A DNA stretch of 32,806 bases from a virus. Positions 7,965 to 16,823 of this stretch are shown one piece after another. The stretch is from positions 1 to 32,806 of IMG/VR virus record IMGVR_UViG_3300045988_044216; one strand, written 5' to 3'. Every line of letters starts with the position of its first letter. Position 1 is the first letter of the stretch. The notes below the pieces were generated by a model. The model was not told where the DNA came from and did no database searches. It saw only the letters and a list, made by a program, of their open reading frames with translations. The position numbers and the translations under genes were made by a program.

Positions 7965-9980
7965 ATGAGACACCTTTTCATTGACTTTGAAACATATTCG
8001 GGAACGGATATAAAAATAGCGGGTAATTATAAATATTGTGAAGACTCGGAATTCGAGATACTGCTTTGCGGTTACGCGTTTGACGACGAAGACGTGAACA
8101 TTATCGACTTATCGAAAGCTATGGGGCCCGAAAAGTTCAACACATTATTTTCCTACGTGGAAGAGAATACCGATATCGTATTAGTGGCACATAACGCCAA
8201 CTTTGAACGCATCTGTTTGAAAGAATACGGATATAACATACCTCCCGAACGGTTTTTCTGTACAGCTAATATGTCTTTGTATTGCGGTCTTCCGGCGTCA
8301 TTGGGACAGGTTTCCGAGATACTTAATTTGAAAGACAAAAAGTTAGACACAGGCAAAGACTGGATACGTTATTTTTCCATGCCATGCAAACCTACAGTCT
8401 CGAACGGCAAACGGACACGCAATCGCCCTTATCACAATCCCGATGGATGGGGCGAGTTTAAGGAATACCTTAAGTATGACGTACTGTCCGAAAGGGAAAT
8501 CTTCAATAAGTTATCTGTATTCGAGTTTCCATCCTCTGAGCAGGCGATATACGCTGCCGACCAACGTATCAATGATTACGGGATTAAAGCCGACTTGCAA
8601 CTTGCTAAAAACGCTGAGGATATATCTAACACAGAAAAAGCCTTTTTGGAAGACCGTGCAATGCACAGATACGGTATAACTTCCATGAAATCACATCCTC
8701 AGATGAAAGAATTTATACGTGTCCGTACAAGATTGATAGTAGATTCCCTTAACAAAGGAGTTATAGCCGACATTGTTAACCAGATAAAAGGGTTAGACCG
8801 AATATCCGAGGATGACAAACGGGACGTCCTAGACGTGCTGGAAATGCGTAACGAGATCAATAAGACATCCAACGCAAAGTATACCGCCATCTTATCATGT
8901 GTCGGACGTGGAGACCGAATACGAGGTCTGTTTAGATACTATGGGGCGAACCGCACGGGACGTTGGGCAGGACGCCTTGTTCAGTTACAAAACCTGCCGC
9001 AGAACCACATAGAGGACTTGGATACCGCAAGGCAACTTGTAAAAGACAAAGACCTGCAGTTAATGAAGTTATTGTATAACAAGCCAACACACATCCTGTC
9101 CCAACTTATCCGTACAGCGTTCGTTGCCCCCGATGGTTATACGCTATGCGTTGCTGACTTTTCCGCTATCGAGGCACGCGTTATCGCGTGGGTTGCCAAC
9201 GAACAATGGCGACTGGAATTATTCAAAGACCCAAAGTCGGATATATATTGCGCTTCGGCGTCGAAAATGTTTGGCGTTCCCGTCCATAAAGGTGACGAGT
9301 TGAGACAGAGAGGTAAAGTAGCCGAGCTTGCATTAGGTTATGGCGGTGGTGTTAACGCGCTTACCACGATGGATACCAAAAAAGCACTGACGGAAGAGGA
9401 AAAACCCGAAATCCTGTATAAGTGGAGGGATGCAAACCCGAATATTGTATCTTTGTGGAAGTGCCTTGAAAGATGTGCTAAAACATGCATCAGTACCAGA
9501 CAGGAACAGGTATTTAAGATAGACGAAAACGCCCGCCTCGTATTCAGATATGAGCATGGTGCGATGACTATCGAACTGCCATCCGGTCGGAAACTGTTCT
9601 ACCCGTCCGCAAGACTCGGTAGCCGGACGATAAAAGGCGCAAACGGAGATTTCGATGTGCAGGATATATCCTACATGGGACAAGACCAAACGACTGGAAA
9701 GTGGGTTAAGTTGCACACTTATGGCGGAAAGCTGACGGAGAACGTTATCCAAGCCATATCACGCGATTTACTTGCTAACGCCATCTTTAAAGTGTTCGAC
9801 CTCGGATATGATATCGTCCTGCATGTGCACGATGAGATAGCCGCCGAGATACCAAAAGACGGGAACGAGGGACAAACCCTGCAAAGAATGAGCGATGCAA
9901 TGTGCACCGCACCCGGATGGGGTGTGAATATCCCATTAAGAGCGGCAGGTTACATAACCGATTATTACAAAAAAGACTAA
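7965..9980 (+). CDS. polA: Family A DNA polymerase with 3'-5' exonuclease domain
   Basis: Exonuclease motifs FIDFETYS and YLKYDV. Polymerase motif A is DFSAIEARV, motif B is RQRGKVAELALGYGGG and motif C is VHDEI. Also RTGRWAGRLVQLQNLPQN. Confidence 0.92.
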   Translation: MRHLFIDFETYSGTDIKIAGNYKYCEDSEFEILLCGYAFDDEDVNIIDLSKAMGPEKFNTLFSYVEENTDIVLVAHNANFERICLKEYGYNIPPERFFCTANMSLYCGLPASLGQVSEILNLKDKKLDTGKDWIRYFSMPCKPTVSNGKRTRNRPYHNPDGWGEFKEYLKYDVLSEREIFNKLSVFEFPSSEQAIYAADQRINDYGIKADLQLAKNAEDISNTEKAFLEDRAMHRYGITSMKSHPQMKEFIRVRTRLIVDSLNKGVIADIVNQIKGLDRISEDDKRDVLDVLEMRNEINKTSNAKYTAILSCVGRGDRIRGLFRYYGANRTGRWAGRLVQLQNLPQNHIEDLDTARQLVKDKDLQLMKLLYNKPTHILSQLIRTAFVAPDGYTLCVADFSAIEARVIAWVANEQWRLELFKDPKSDIYCASASKMFGVPVHKGDELRQRGKVAELALGYGGGVNALTTMDTKKALTEEEKPEILYKWRDANPNIVSLWKCLERCAKTCISTRQEQVFKIDENARLVFRYEHGAMTIELPSGRKLFYPSARLGSRTIKGANGDFDVQDISYMGQDQTTGKWVKLHTYGGKLTENVIQAISRDLLANAIFKVFDLGYDIVLHVHDEIAAEIPKDGNEGQTLQRMSDAMCTAPGWGVNIPLRAAGYITDYYKKD

Positions 9981-9981
9981 T

Positions 9982-12414
9982 ATGGAATTAAGGAAAATGA
10001 TTTTTAAGATAGCTACAGCCACAAGCGCAAAGTCGGTGACATGGAAGAACCGTAACTTTACTTGGGACGAGCTTGTAGAAAAATTCACCAGTGCCAAAGT
10101 GACCGAAGAGACCTACAAGGAATTTATAAGCGCGAGCAAGGCAGAACAGGGAAATATCAAGGACGTGGGCGCGTTTATGGGCGGTGAACTATTCGGTAGC
10201 AGACGTAACAAGAACAACGTAGGCGAGCGTTCGTTAATGGCATTAGACATAGATTTCGGAGAGGCTGATTTCCCGTCTCGGTTCTTTGCGACTATCGGAT
10301 GTGCCTGCATAATTCACGGTACACATAAGCATAACCCGAAAGCGGGTGTGTTGCGCTACAGGGTTATCGTTCCTTTGTCCGAGCCTGTAGACAGCGAACA
10401 ATATGAGGCTTTATCCCGTAAAGTGGCAGAACTCACAGGGATAGACTTGTACGACCGAACAACGTTTCAGCCGGAACGCTGCATGTTCTTTCCGTCAGTA
10501 TCCAAAGACGTAGATTTTGATTTCACGGATTATTCGCAGGTATGTGACGAACCGTTGGACGTCCAAAAGTACCTTGGTTACTACGAGGATTGGCATGATA
10601 CGACCCAATGGGCGTACCACAAAGACGAAAAGGGAGAAGTAAGGTCACTTGCAAAAGAGCAGCAAGACCCTACGCTGAAAGATGGCGTAGTGGGCGATTT
10701 CTGCCGTGCCTACAGCATTTCGGAAGCAATAGCCGCATATCTGCCAGATGTGTATGAACCTACCGAAAAATCAGACCGTTGGACGTTTACAGGTGGTACT
10801 ACTTCGGGTGGCATGCTGACGTTTGACGACACGTTCGCCTATTCTTTCCATAATAATGATCCTATACAGGGAAACCATGTGTTCAACGCGTTCGACCTTG
10901 TGCGTGTTCACCTGTTCGGTAAGATGGGTAAGAAAGAGAGCATGGAAGCTATGTCAGACTTGGTTAACAAAGACCTCAAAGTAGCTGCCGGACGTGCACA
11001 ACGTTTGGCTATAAAAGCGATGAGTACCGTAGCGGATTTCGATGACATAGTAGAGGCTGAGGTTGTCGAACAGAATATGCCCGACAACTCGTATGAGAAT
11101 GCGATGGCTGAGTTAGACACCGACAAGCGAGGAAATTATTTGCCCACGGCCAAAAACCTCAGCTTAATCATGCGTTATGATCCGAAGTTGCAAGGACTCA
11201 TCGCACGTGACTTATTCAAAGAAAGACGTGTAGTTACTCGCGTTCCGGCATGGAGACCAAAAGACAGCACTTCAGACTTTCAAGACGTGGACTTTGCGGG
11301 TGTACGTAAACATATAGAGGACGTGTACGGAATAACTGGCAGCGCGAAGATTGATGATGCCATTGCATTATCAGCCGAACTAAACTCGTTCCATCCCGTG
11401 CAGGAATATCTCACCGGGTTAACATGGGATGGCGTTGAACGAGTTGATACCGCCCTCATCGATATAATGGGCGCGGAAGACACCATATTCACCCGTGAGG
11501 CTTTCCGTATAATGCTTGTGGGCGCGGTTAAGCGCATATTCCAAAAGGGGTGCAAGTTTGACAGTATGCTTGTCCTGCAATCCGAGCAAGGCGCGGGAAA
11601 GAGTACATTTTTGCAGAAGTTAGGAAAAGGATGGTTTTCCGACAGCCTGTCTAATATGGACGGCAAAGGCGCGTTCGAACAACTGCAGGGAAGTTGGATC
11701 ATCGAGATAGCCGAATTATCGGCTATGAAGAAATCAGACGTAGAGATGGTTAAGAACTTTATCACGAAGACTGAGGACAGTTACCGACCTGCATACGGAC
11801 GCGTTACGAAGAACTTTCCGCGCCAATGTGTATTCTTCGGTACTACGAACAAAGATGAATTTCTGAAAGATGCCACGGGTGGCAGGCGTTTCCTGCCTGT
11901 ACGATGCAAGGTGAACGCGAATACCTATAAGATATTCGAAAAGGATTTCGGAAAATACATAGATCAACTTTGGGCTGAGGCTGTGCAGATGTACTACAAT
12001 AAAGTAAGTACTTTACTTTCACCAGAAGCAGAAATGCTTGCTGAACAGTATCGTGAAGAGCATTACGAGAATGATCCTCGGGCATACGCAGTCCGCAAAT
12101 ATATGGAGATGTACGTACCGTCGGACTGGGGGCGCATGAGCTCATTGGAACGAAAGATGTACTACGCCAACTATGACGAAGACGAAGTAGACAAGCTGAA
12201 ATGCAAGCTCATTGACTTTGTTAGTGTTCCTGCCATCTTGGTTGAGGCGATGGATATTGAGATAGGTAAGATTAAGCGGTCGGACGCTGCCGATATGGTG
12301 TCTATGCTCAATAAACTGCCCGATTGGGAACGGTCTACGAGACGCAGTAAAGCCTACGGTCAGCAACGCGGGTATGCTCGTATAGTTAACGAACCTTTAG
12401 AAAATAACGATTAG
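9982..12414 (+). CDS. Primase-polymerase / VapE (VirE)-like P-loop helicase fusion
   Basis: N-terminal acidic catalytic stretch LMALDIDFGE plus HGTHKH. Central/C-terminal Walker A SEQGAGKSTF and Walker B-like WIIEIAEL. Confidence 0.85.
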   Translation: MELRKMIFKIATATSAKSVTWKNRNFTWDELVEKFTSAKVTEETYKEFISASKAEQGNIKDVGAFMGGELFGSRRNKNNVGERSLMALDIDFGEADFPSRFFATIGCACIIHGTHKHNPKAGVLRYRVIVPLSEPVDSEQYEALSRKVAELTGIDLYDRTTFQPERCMFFPSVSKDVDFDFTDYSQVCDEPLDVQKYLGYYEDWHDTTQWAYHKDEKGEVRSLAKEQQDPTLKDGVVGDFCRAYSISEAIAAYLPDVYEPTEKSDRWTFTGGTTSGGMLTFDDTFAYSFHNNDPIQGNHVFNAFDLVRVHLFGKMGKKESMEAMSDLVNKDLKVAAGRAQRLAIKAMSTVADFDDIVEAEVVEQNMPDNSYENAMAELDTDKRGNYLPTAKNLSLIMRYDPKLQGLIARDLFKERRVVTRVPAWRPKDSTSDFQDVDFAGVRKHIEDVYGITGSAKIDDAIALSAELNSFHPVQEYLTGLTWDGVERVDTALIDIMGAEDTIFTREAFRIMLVGAVKRIFQKGCKFDSMLVLQSEQGAGKSTFLQKLGKGWFSDSLSNMDGKGAFEQLQGSWIIEIAELSAMKKSDVEMVKNFITKTEDSYRPAYGRVTKNFPRQCVFFGTTNKDEFLKDATGGRRFLPVRCKVNANTYKIFEKDFGKYIDQLWAEAVQMYYNKVSTLLSPEAEMLAEQYREEHYENDPRAYAVRKYMEMYVPSDWGRMSSLERKMYYANYDEDEVDKLKCKLIDFVSVPAILVEAMDIEIGKIKRSDAADMVSMLNKLPDWERSTRRSKAYGQQRGYARIVNEPLENND

Positions 12415-12468
12415 AGTTAATAAACTGTTAAATATAGGCGGAACGATACAACGTATTATATAAACGCC

Positions 12469-12476
12469 TATATTTG
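12469..12476 (+). promoter_or_regulatory. Candidate -7 box TATATTTG
   Basis: TAnnTTTG match in the 95-nt gap, 34 nt before ATG 12510. Confidence 0.5.
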
Positions 12477-12509
12477 CAGTACAATATTAATCTAAAAAGT
12501 AAAAGCATT

Positions 12510-12893
12510 ATGAAGAAAGTATTAATCATTTTAGCGGTAGTCTTATTCGGGCTTTCCGCTTGTTCCAAGCACGAAGTTGAGAATGCTATGGAAGTTACGT
12601 TCCTGTTTGATAAAGGTGCGCACGCAGCCGAGATAGACGGTGCGTACGGCATTATATTCCGGCAGGTAGGGAACAAAAGATATTATGCGGTGCAAGGTAC
12701 AGGTAGCGGGAAATTCGTTCCCGTCATCCGGCAAGAATTCCCCAACACCGACATTTTCATACTTAACACCGACGTACAGGTGTCGGTATATTCTATGCAG
12801 ATAATAGTATTCACCCGCCTGTCTGATGGTAAGATTATACACAAGACCAAAATCGGTTATACCAATGACAGCGTGGGAAAAATAGAATTATAA
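12510..12893 (+). CDS. Predicted lipoprotein (127 aa)
   Basis: MKKVLIILAVVLFGLSAC is a signal peptide with lipobox LSAC. ATG 12510 is preferred over the track start at 12474, which would lie inside the promoter. Confidence 0.7.
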   Translation: MKKVLIILAVVLFGLSACSKHEVENAMEVTFLFDKGAHAAEIDGAYGIIFRQVGNKRYYAVQGTGSGKFVPVIRQEFPNTDIFILNTDVQVSVYSMQIIVFTRLSDGKIIHKTKIGYTNDSVGKIEL

Positions 12894-12915
12894 ACAATTT
12901 AACATTTTAAAAATT

Positions 12916-13113
12916 ATGAAAACAGGAAATTTTGTAGATTTAGAGTTTGTAGTAAAGGGATTTATCCAAGTCGAACAGATTAATGCCGAGCATATTAGTC
13001 GACTATTGGTGATGGATGATAAACCCTATATTGGTATGCTCGGACAAGCATATACCCGTCAGTTGACAATGGATAGCTTTATGAAACTGTGTGACAAACT
13101 TAACTTGGAATAA
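12916..13113 (+). CDS. Hypothetical protein (65 aa)
   Basis: ORF tiled between neighbouring + strand genes. AT-rich. No motif. Confidence 0.5.
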   Translation: MKTGNFVDLEFVVKGFIQVEQINAEHISRLLVMDDKPYIGMLGQAYTRQLTMDSFMKLCDKLNLE

Positions 13114-13115
13114 CA

Positions 13116-13277
13116 ATGATACGGGTATTAAGAGTTAGACATTTTGATGAAGAAACAGGGAAATGTCAAATGAGTATTCTTTTTAAAGACGAATTTGAAA
13201 CTGCCGAGGAAGCAAGGGATTATTATCAAGAATTATATAAATGTAAAATTTTATTAGATTATGAAACAATCGAATGA
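13116..13277 (+). CDS. Possible small ORF (53 aa, below the track cutoff)
   Basis: My own translation from ATG 13116 gives MIRVLRVRHFDEETGKCQMSILFKDEFETAEEARDYYQELYKCKILLDYETIE. It fills an otherwise empty 147-nt gap and overlaps the next start. Confidence 0.35.
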   Translation: MIRVLRVRHFDEETGKCQMSILFKDEFETAEEARDYYQELYKCKILLDYETIE

Positions 13278-14004
13278 TGGAGACACAAGGTCTTACAATG
13301 TGGGTAACTCGGATTATGCAAAGCATAAAATCCAGCCGTGGGATATCTGGAAAGAATACCGACTTAACCCGTGGGATGCAGATATAGTGAAACGCGTGTT
13401 ACGTAACAAGACATGTGAGGACAGACGTTTGGATTACGAAAAGATTATCCATGTGTGCAAGGAACGTATCAGACAGTTAAACGATGTGGGCACACCCGAT
13501 AATAAATCCGATGAAGAAGAGGACATAGACGGTACAACAGTTATGTGCCCGTCCGAGTTGGATAAGCCGCCCATGCATGAAGAATCCAAGTTAAAATATG
13601 GAGAACTTAAGTATGTCGTATATTCGGTATTTAAGCACACAGATAAGTGGTACGCCTATCTCGGATACTGTGCCGGAATGGGCACACACATATATTTACA
13701 ATTTACTGGTGCGTTATCTTGGAGCTATACAGAAACTAAAGGGTATCCAAAAGCGACTTTCCAGAGACAGGCTCCCATTGGTAGTGAGAATCATAATTAT
13801 TCGGTGAAAATAGGAGCCGCTGAGAACGGATATGTAAAATATGACTATATAATAAGTAACGGTATCCTCTACAGGTATTTCGGTTTCGACTGGTCAACTC
13901 AAAAGCACCGATATAAGATGTTCCTGCAGTTTGATGGTATCACAGATGTAGATTCAAAAAACATGATAAGAAACGAAGCTGAGCAAAAAACATGCGAGAA
14001 ATAG
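13261..14004 (+). CDS. DUF3310-domain protein with a long C-terminal extension
   Basis: The N-terminus NSDYAKHKIQPWDIWKEYRLNPWDADIVKRVLR resembles the DUF3310 signature. About 140 further residues are unassigned. Confidence 0.7.
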   Translation: MKQSNDGDTRSYNVGNSDYAKHKIQPWDIWKEYRLNPWDADIVKRVLRNKTCEDRRLDYEKIIHVCKERIRQLNDVGTPDNKSDEEEDIDGTTVMCPSELDKPPMHEESKLKYGELKYVVYSVFKHTDKWYAYLGYCAGMGTHIYLQFTGALSWSYTETKGYPKATFQRQAPIGSENHNYSVKIGAAENGYVKYDYIISNGILYRYFGFDWSTQKHRYKMFLQFDGITDVDSKNMIRNEAEQKTCEK

Positions 14005-14330
14005 TAAGCGAGAAAGCACTGGAAAAGACATTCAGCGACTATCTTAACCGAACCAAGAAAGTGTGGGTAATTAAATTACTATCCACTTTTGTTAAAGGCC
14101 TTCCTGACCGTTTGATACTATGCCGAGGTGGCTTTGTCGGCTTCGCCGAGATAAAGACTACAGGAAAAAAACCAACGAAGATACAGGCCTATATCCATAG
14201 TAAGCTACGGGCACTGGGATTCCCGGTGTTTGTGATTGACGATATCGAGAGTAGGGACGCCGCAATAAGATATTTCTTAAACAATGTTAAGGAAATAACC
14301 AACGTATCAGGTAAACCCTTATCTTTGTGA
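13992..14330 (+). CDS. VRR-NUC family nuclease
   Basis: PD-(D/E)XK core GLPDRLIL ... GFAEIKTTGKKPT ... Q. Size (112 aa) and position upstream of the SNF2 helicase gene are typical. Confidence 0.8.
   Translation: MREIVSEKALEKTFSDYLNRTKKVWVIKLLSTFVKGLPDRLILCRGGFVGFAEIKTTGKKPTKIQAYIHSKLRALGFPVFVIDDIESRDAAIRYFLNNVKEITNVSGKPLSL
14320..14327 (+). promoter_or_regulatory. Candidate -7 box TATCTTTG
   Basis: TAnnTTTG match overlapping the end of the VRR-NUC gene, 51 nt before ATG 14378. Confidence 0.4.
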
Positions 14331-14377
14331 CATAACATTAAAGCCAATTAGTAAATAAACCCTAAAATCAAAAATTT

Positions 14378-14638
14378 ATGAGTTCAAATAACAAGAAGCG
14401 CACCATGCGTGAAGATATCGAGTATAGACTCGGATTATACTTTAGTATCAAGTCTGGTGTTATGTACGTCTGCGATGAAAAATACGGTTCGCAAGAAGAG
14501 ATTCTGATCCGCTTGGAACAGGAGGTAACAACGGACGTTAAGTTCTTACTCAAAAAGGAACATAACATTATCCTTGATTCGCAACTATCTTTCAGAGACG
14601 TGGCACTTTTGTACCGTGACAAACTAATGATTAGATAA
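14378..14638 (+). CDS. Hypothetical protein (86 aa)
   Basis: ORF in the co-directional tiling. No motif. Confidence 0.55.
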   Translation: MSSNNKKRTMREDIEYRLGLYFSIKSGVMYVCDEKYGSQEEILIRLEQEVTTDVKFLLKKEHNIILDSQLSFRDVALLYRDKLMIR

Positions 14639-14639
14639 C

Positions 14640-14852
14640 ATGGCAACTACCTATCTGAATGTCGATGTGTCCTCACAAAGGGGGCACTCACAAGTAAAGG
14701 TTAACGGGGCGACTGGGTATGAGAATATACTGCATGTTATGCGGAACGCACCTATCAGAGACTTAATACAGGTGAGAATTGAACTTTTAAAGCTGTTACG
14801 AACAATAGATGATGCTCTAATCGAGGCTTATAAACCAATAAGAGACCTGTAA
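14640..14852 (+). CDS. Hypothetical protein (70 aa)
   Basis: ORF. Its stop shares one nt with the SNF2 start (TAATG). Confidence 0.55.
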   Translation: MATTYLNVDVSSQRGHSQVKVNGATGYENILHVMRNAPIRDLIQVRIELLKLLRTIDDALIEAYKPIRDL

Positions 14853-16246
14853 TGTTACAAAGAAACCAACTGCATAGTTATCAAGAACGAGGCATCAGTC
14901 ATATACTGGATAACCCGTATTGTGCCTTGTTCCTTGATATGGGTCTCGGAAAGACCGTTACAACATTGACAGCCATTAAGGAATTGCTGGATAACTGCAT
15001 CATAGGCAACGCGCTCGTGGTAGCCCCGAAGAAAGTAACACAAGTCACTTGGTCTGATGAAATAAAGAACTGGGCACACCTGCAAGGTCTGACTATCTCG
15101 GTGATTGATGGCAATGTTAAGCAAAGACACGAGGCCATGAGACGCAAAGCCGACATATACGCGGTAAGCCGTGATAACATCGTTTGGCTGGTTACAGAGA
15201 TGGGTGGTGTCAAGTTGCCTTATGACATGGTGGTTATCGACGAGTTATCCAGTTTCAAGAACCCCCAGTCGAAACGCTTTAGAGCGTTACGCAAAGTGCG
15301 GAAGTTCATTCCGCGCGTTGTCGGTCTGACAGGAACACCGTCGCCCAACGGGCTTATTGACCTGTTTGCTCAGATGTATCTGATCGACGAGGGAGAAAGA
15401 CTTGGGAAAACCATCACGGGCTACAGGGACAGGTTTTTTAGACCAGATAAGCGTAACGGCGATATAGTTTATACCTATGCGCTCAAAAAGCCCGCAGACG
15501 AGACGGAAAAAGCCATAAGTGACTTGATTAGTGATATAACCATATCCATGACAGCCGAAGATTATTTGAAGATGCCGGATAGGATCATGTTGTATGATTA
15601 TGTCGACATGTCCGACCGATGCTTGGAAGGCTACCGGAACTTTGCCATGGAACAGGTCTTGGATCTTATCAACTCGGACGAGCCTATTACAGCCGCCTCA
15701 GCCGCAGCACTGAGTAACAAGTTACAGCAGTATGCCAATGGCGCGATTTACGATGCCGATCGTAACGTCAAAGAAATCCATGACGAGAAGCTGGAAAAGC
15801 TGAAAGAAATCGTTGAGGCTGCCAATGGTGCGCCTGTCCTCGTAGCATACCAGTACCAGCATGACCTGCACAGGATTATGAAAGTGCTCAAGGAATATAA
15901 GCCTGTAAAGCTGGAAAAGCCCGAACAGGTCGCGCAGTGGAACGCGGGTGAGATAGATGTGCTGGTTACGCATCCAGCCTCAGCCGGGCACGGACTCAAC
16001 CTACAAAAAGGTGGTAACATACTGGTCTGGTTTGGCAATACATGGAGTTTGGAATTATACATGCAGTTCAATGCAAGACTGTACCGACAGGGACAAACAA
16101 AGCCTGTGTACATCCATCACATTGTGACGCGTGATACAATAGACGAGAAAATTATAAAAGCATTATCCAACAAAAAAGAAACACAAGACGGATTAATGCA
16201 AAGTATTAAAGAATTAATGGAAATATATAAAGATGAAAAATTATAA
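14852..16246 (+). CDS. SNF2-family helicase/translocase
   Basis: Motif I is DMGLGKT, motif II is VIDELSSF, motif III is LTGTPSPN and motif VI is ARLYRQGQTKPV. Confidence 0.9.
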   Translation: MLQRNQLHSYQERGISHILDNPYCALFLDMGLGKTVTTLTAIKELLDNCIIGNALVVAPKKVTQVTWSDEIKNWAHLQGLTISVIDGNVKQRHEAMRRKADIYAVSRDNIVWLVTEMGGVKLPYDMVVIDELSSFKNPQSKRFRALRKVRKFIPRVVGLTGTPSPNGLIDLFAQMYLIDEGERLGKTITGYRDRFFRPDKRNGDIVYTYALKKPADETEKAISDLISDITISMTAEDYLKMPDRIMLYDYVDMSDRCLEGYRNFAMEQVLDLINSDEPITAASAAALSNKLQQYANGAIYDADRNVKEIHDEKLEKLKEIVEAANGAPVLVAYQYQHDLHRIMKVLKEYKPVKLEKPEQVAQWNAGEIDVLVTHPASAGHGLNLQKGGNILVWFGNTWSLELYMQFNARLYRQGQTKPVYIHHIVTRDTIDEKIIKALSNKKETQDGLMQSIKELMEIYKDEKL

Positions 16247-16484
16247 GGTTGGTGACAAAGTGTATCTTCATTGGGATGTCAGGCGTTTATGCTGTCCGGC
16301 TGAGTATATCGGTATGTTCAAAGACAGGTTTGGTATCGATGGGTGGACTTACTACTTCAAACCCTTAAGCGACCCAAAGCCTTATGCGGTTATGCAGATA
16401 AACGCGAACGAGTTAGACGGTGAGACAACCGAGTTGATACCTTTTGACTATAAGCCAGACGCTTTTGGGGAAGTTAAATGCTAA
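16233..16484 (+). CDS. Hypothetical protein (83 aa)
   Basis: ORF overlapping the SNF2 stop. No motif. Confidence 0.55.
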   Translation: MKNYKVGDKVYLHWDVRRLCCPAEYIGMFKDRFGIDGWTYYFKPLSDPKPYAVMQINANELDGETTELIPFDYKPDAFGEVKC

Positions 16485-16725
16485 AGACTTCGCAAAGAAG
16501 TTTGCCGGAGAATATTATTTATTCCAAGGCAAAAAGGCGAGAATAGTAGGTTATCGGAAACCCGGCGGAAAAAGACCGATAAAGCTCATAGTATCAGGAC
16601 TTGGAACCGGGTACAAGTACGATGACGTGAAGGACCTGCCGGATCACGTGTTTACCACACGGGTATGGGCAAAAACGATATGGTATGCAGATATTATGGA
16701 CTTAAAAGGGTATTACTCAGAATGA
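16444..16725 (+). CDS. Hypothetical protein (up to 93 aa; start uncertain)
   Basis: The track start is a TTG and there is no in-frame ATG until near the C-terminus. Overlaps the previous ORF by 41 nt. Confidence 0.45.
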   Translation: MTISQTLLGKLNAKDFAKKFAGEYYLFQGKKARIVGYRKPGGKRPIKLIVSGLGTGYKYDDVKDLPDHVFTTRVWAKTIWYADIMDLKGYYSE

Positions 16726-16805
16726 AAAAGAAAATATTGATCATAGGAAAACAAACGCCCTTTTTGGCGATGGCAGATTTAAGAGACCTGCTAAATAAAT
16801 CATAA
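16722..16805 (+). CDS. Possible micro-ORF (27 aa)
   Basis: An ATGA overlap with the preceding stop. Translates as MKKKILIIGKQTPFLAMADLRDLLNKS. Too short to support further. Confidence 0.2.
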   Translation: MKKKILIIGKQTPFLAMADLRDLLNKS

Positions 16806-16823
16806 CTATAAAAATATAAAGTA

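Noticed and set aside
16444-16484. Programmed frameshift joining ORFs 16233..16484 and 16444..16725
   Set aside because: The second ORF is in the +1 frame and lacks an ATG, but the 41-nt overlap contains no canonical slippery heptamer or homopolymer. A non-ATG start is the simpler explanation, though it remains unresolved.
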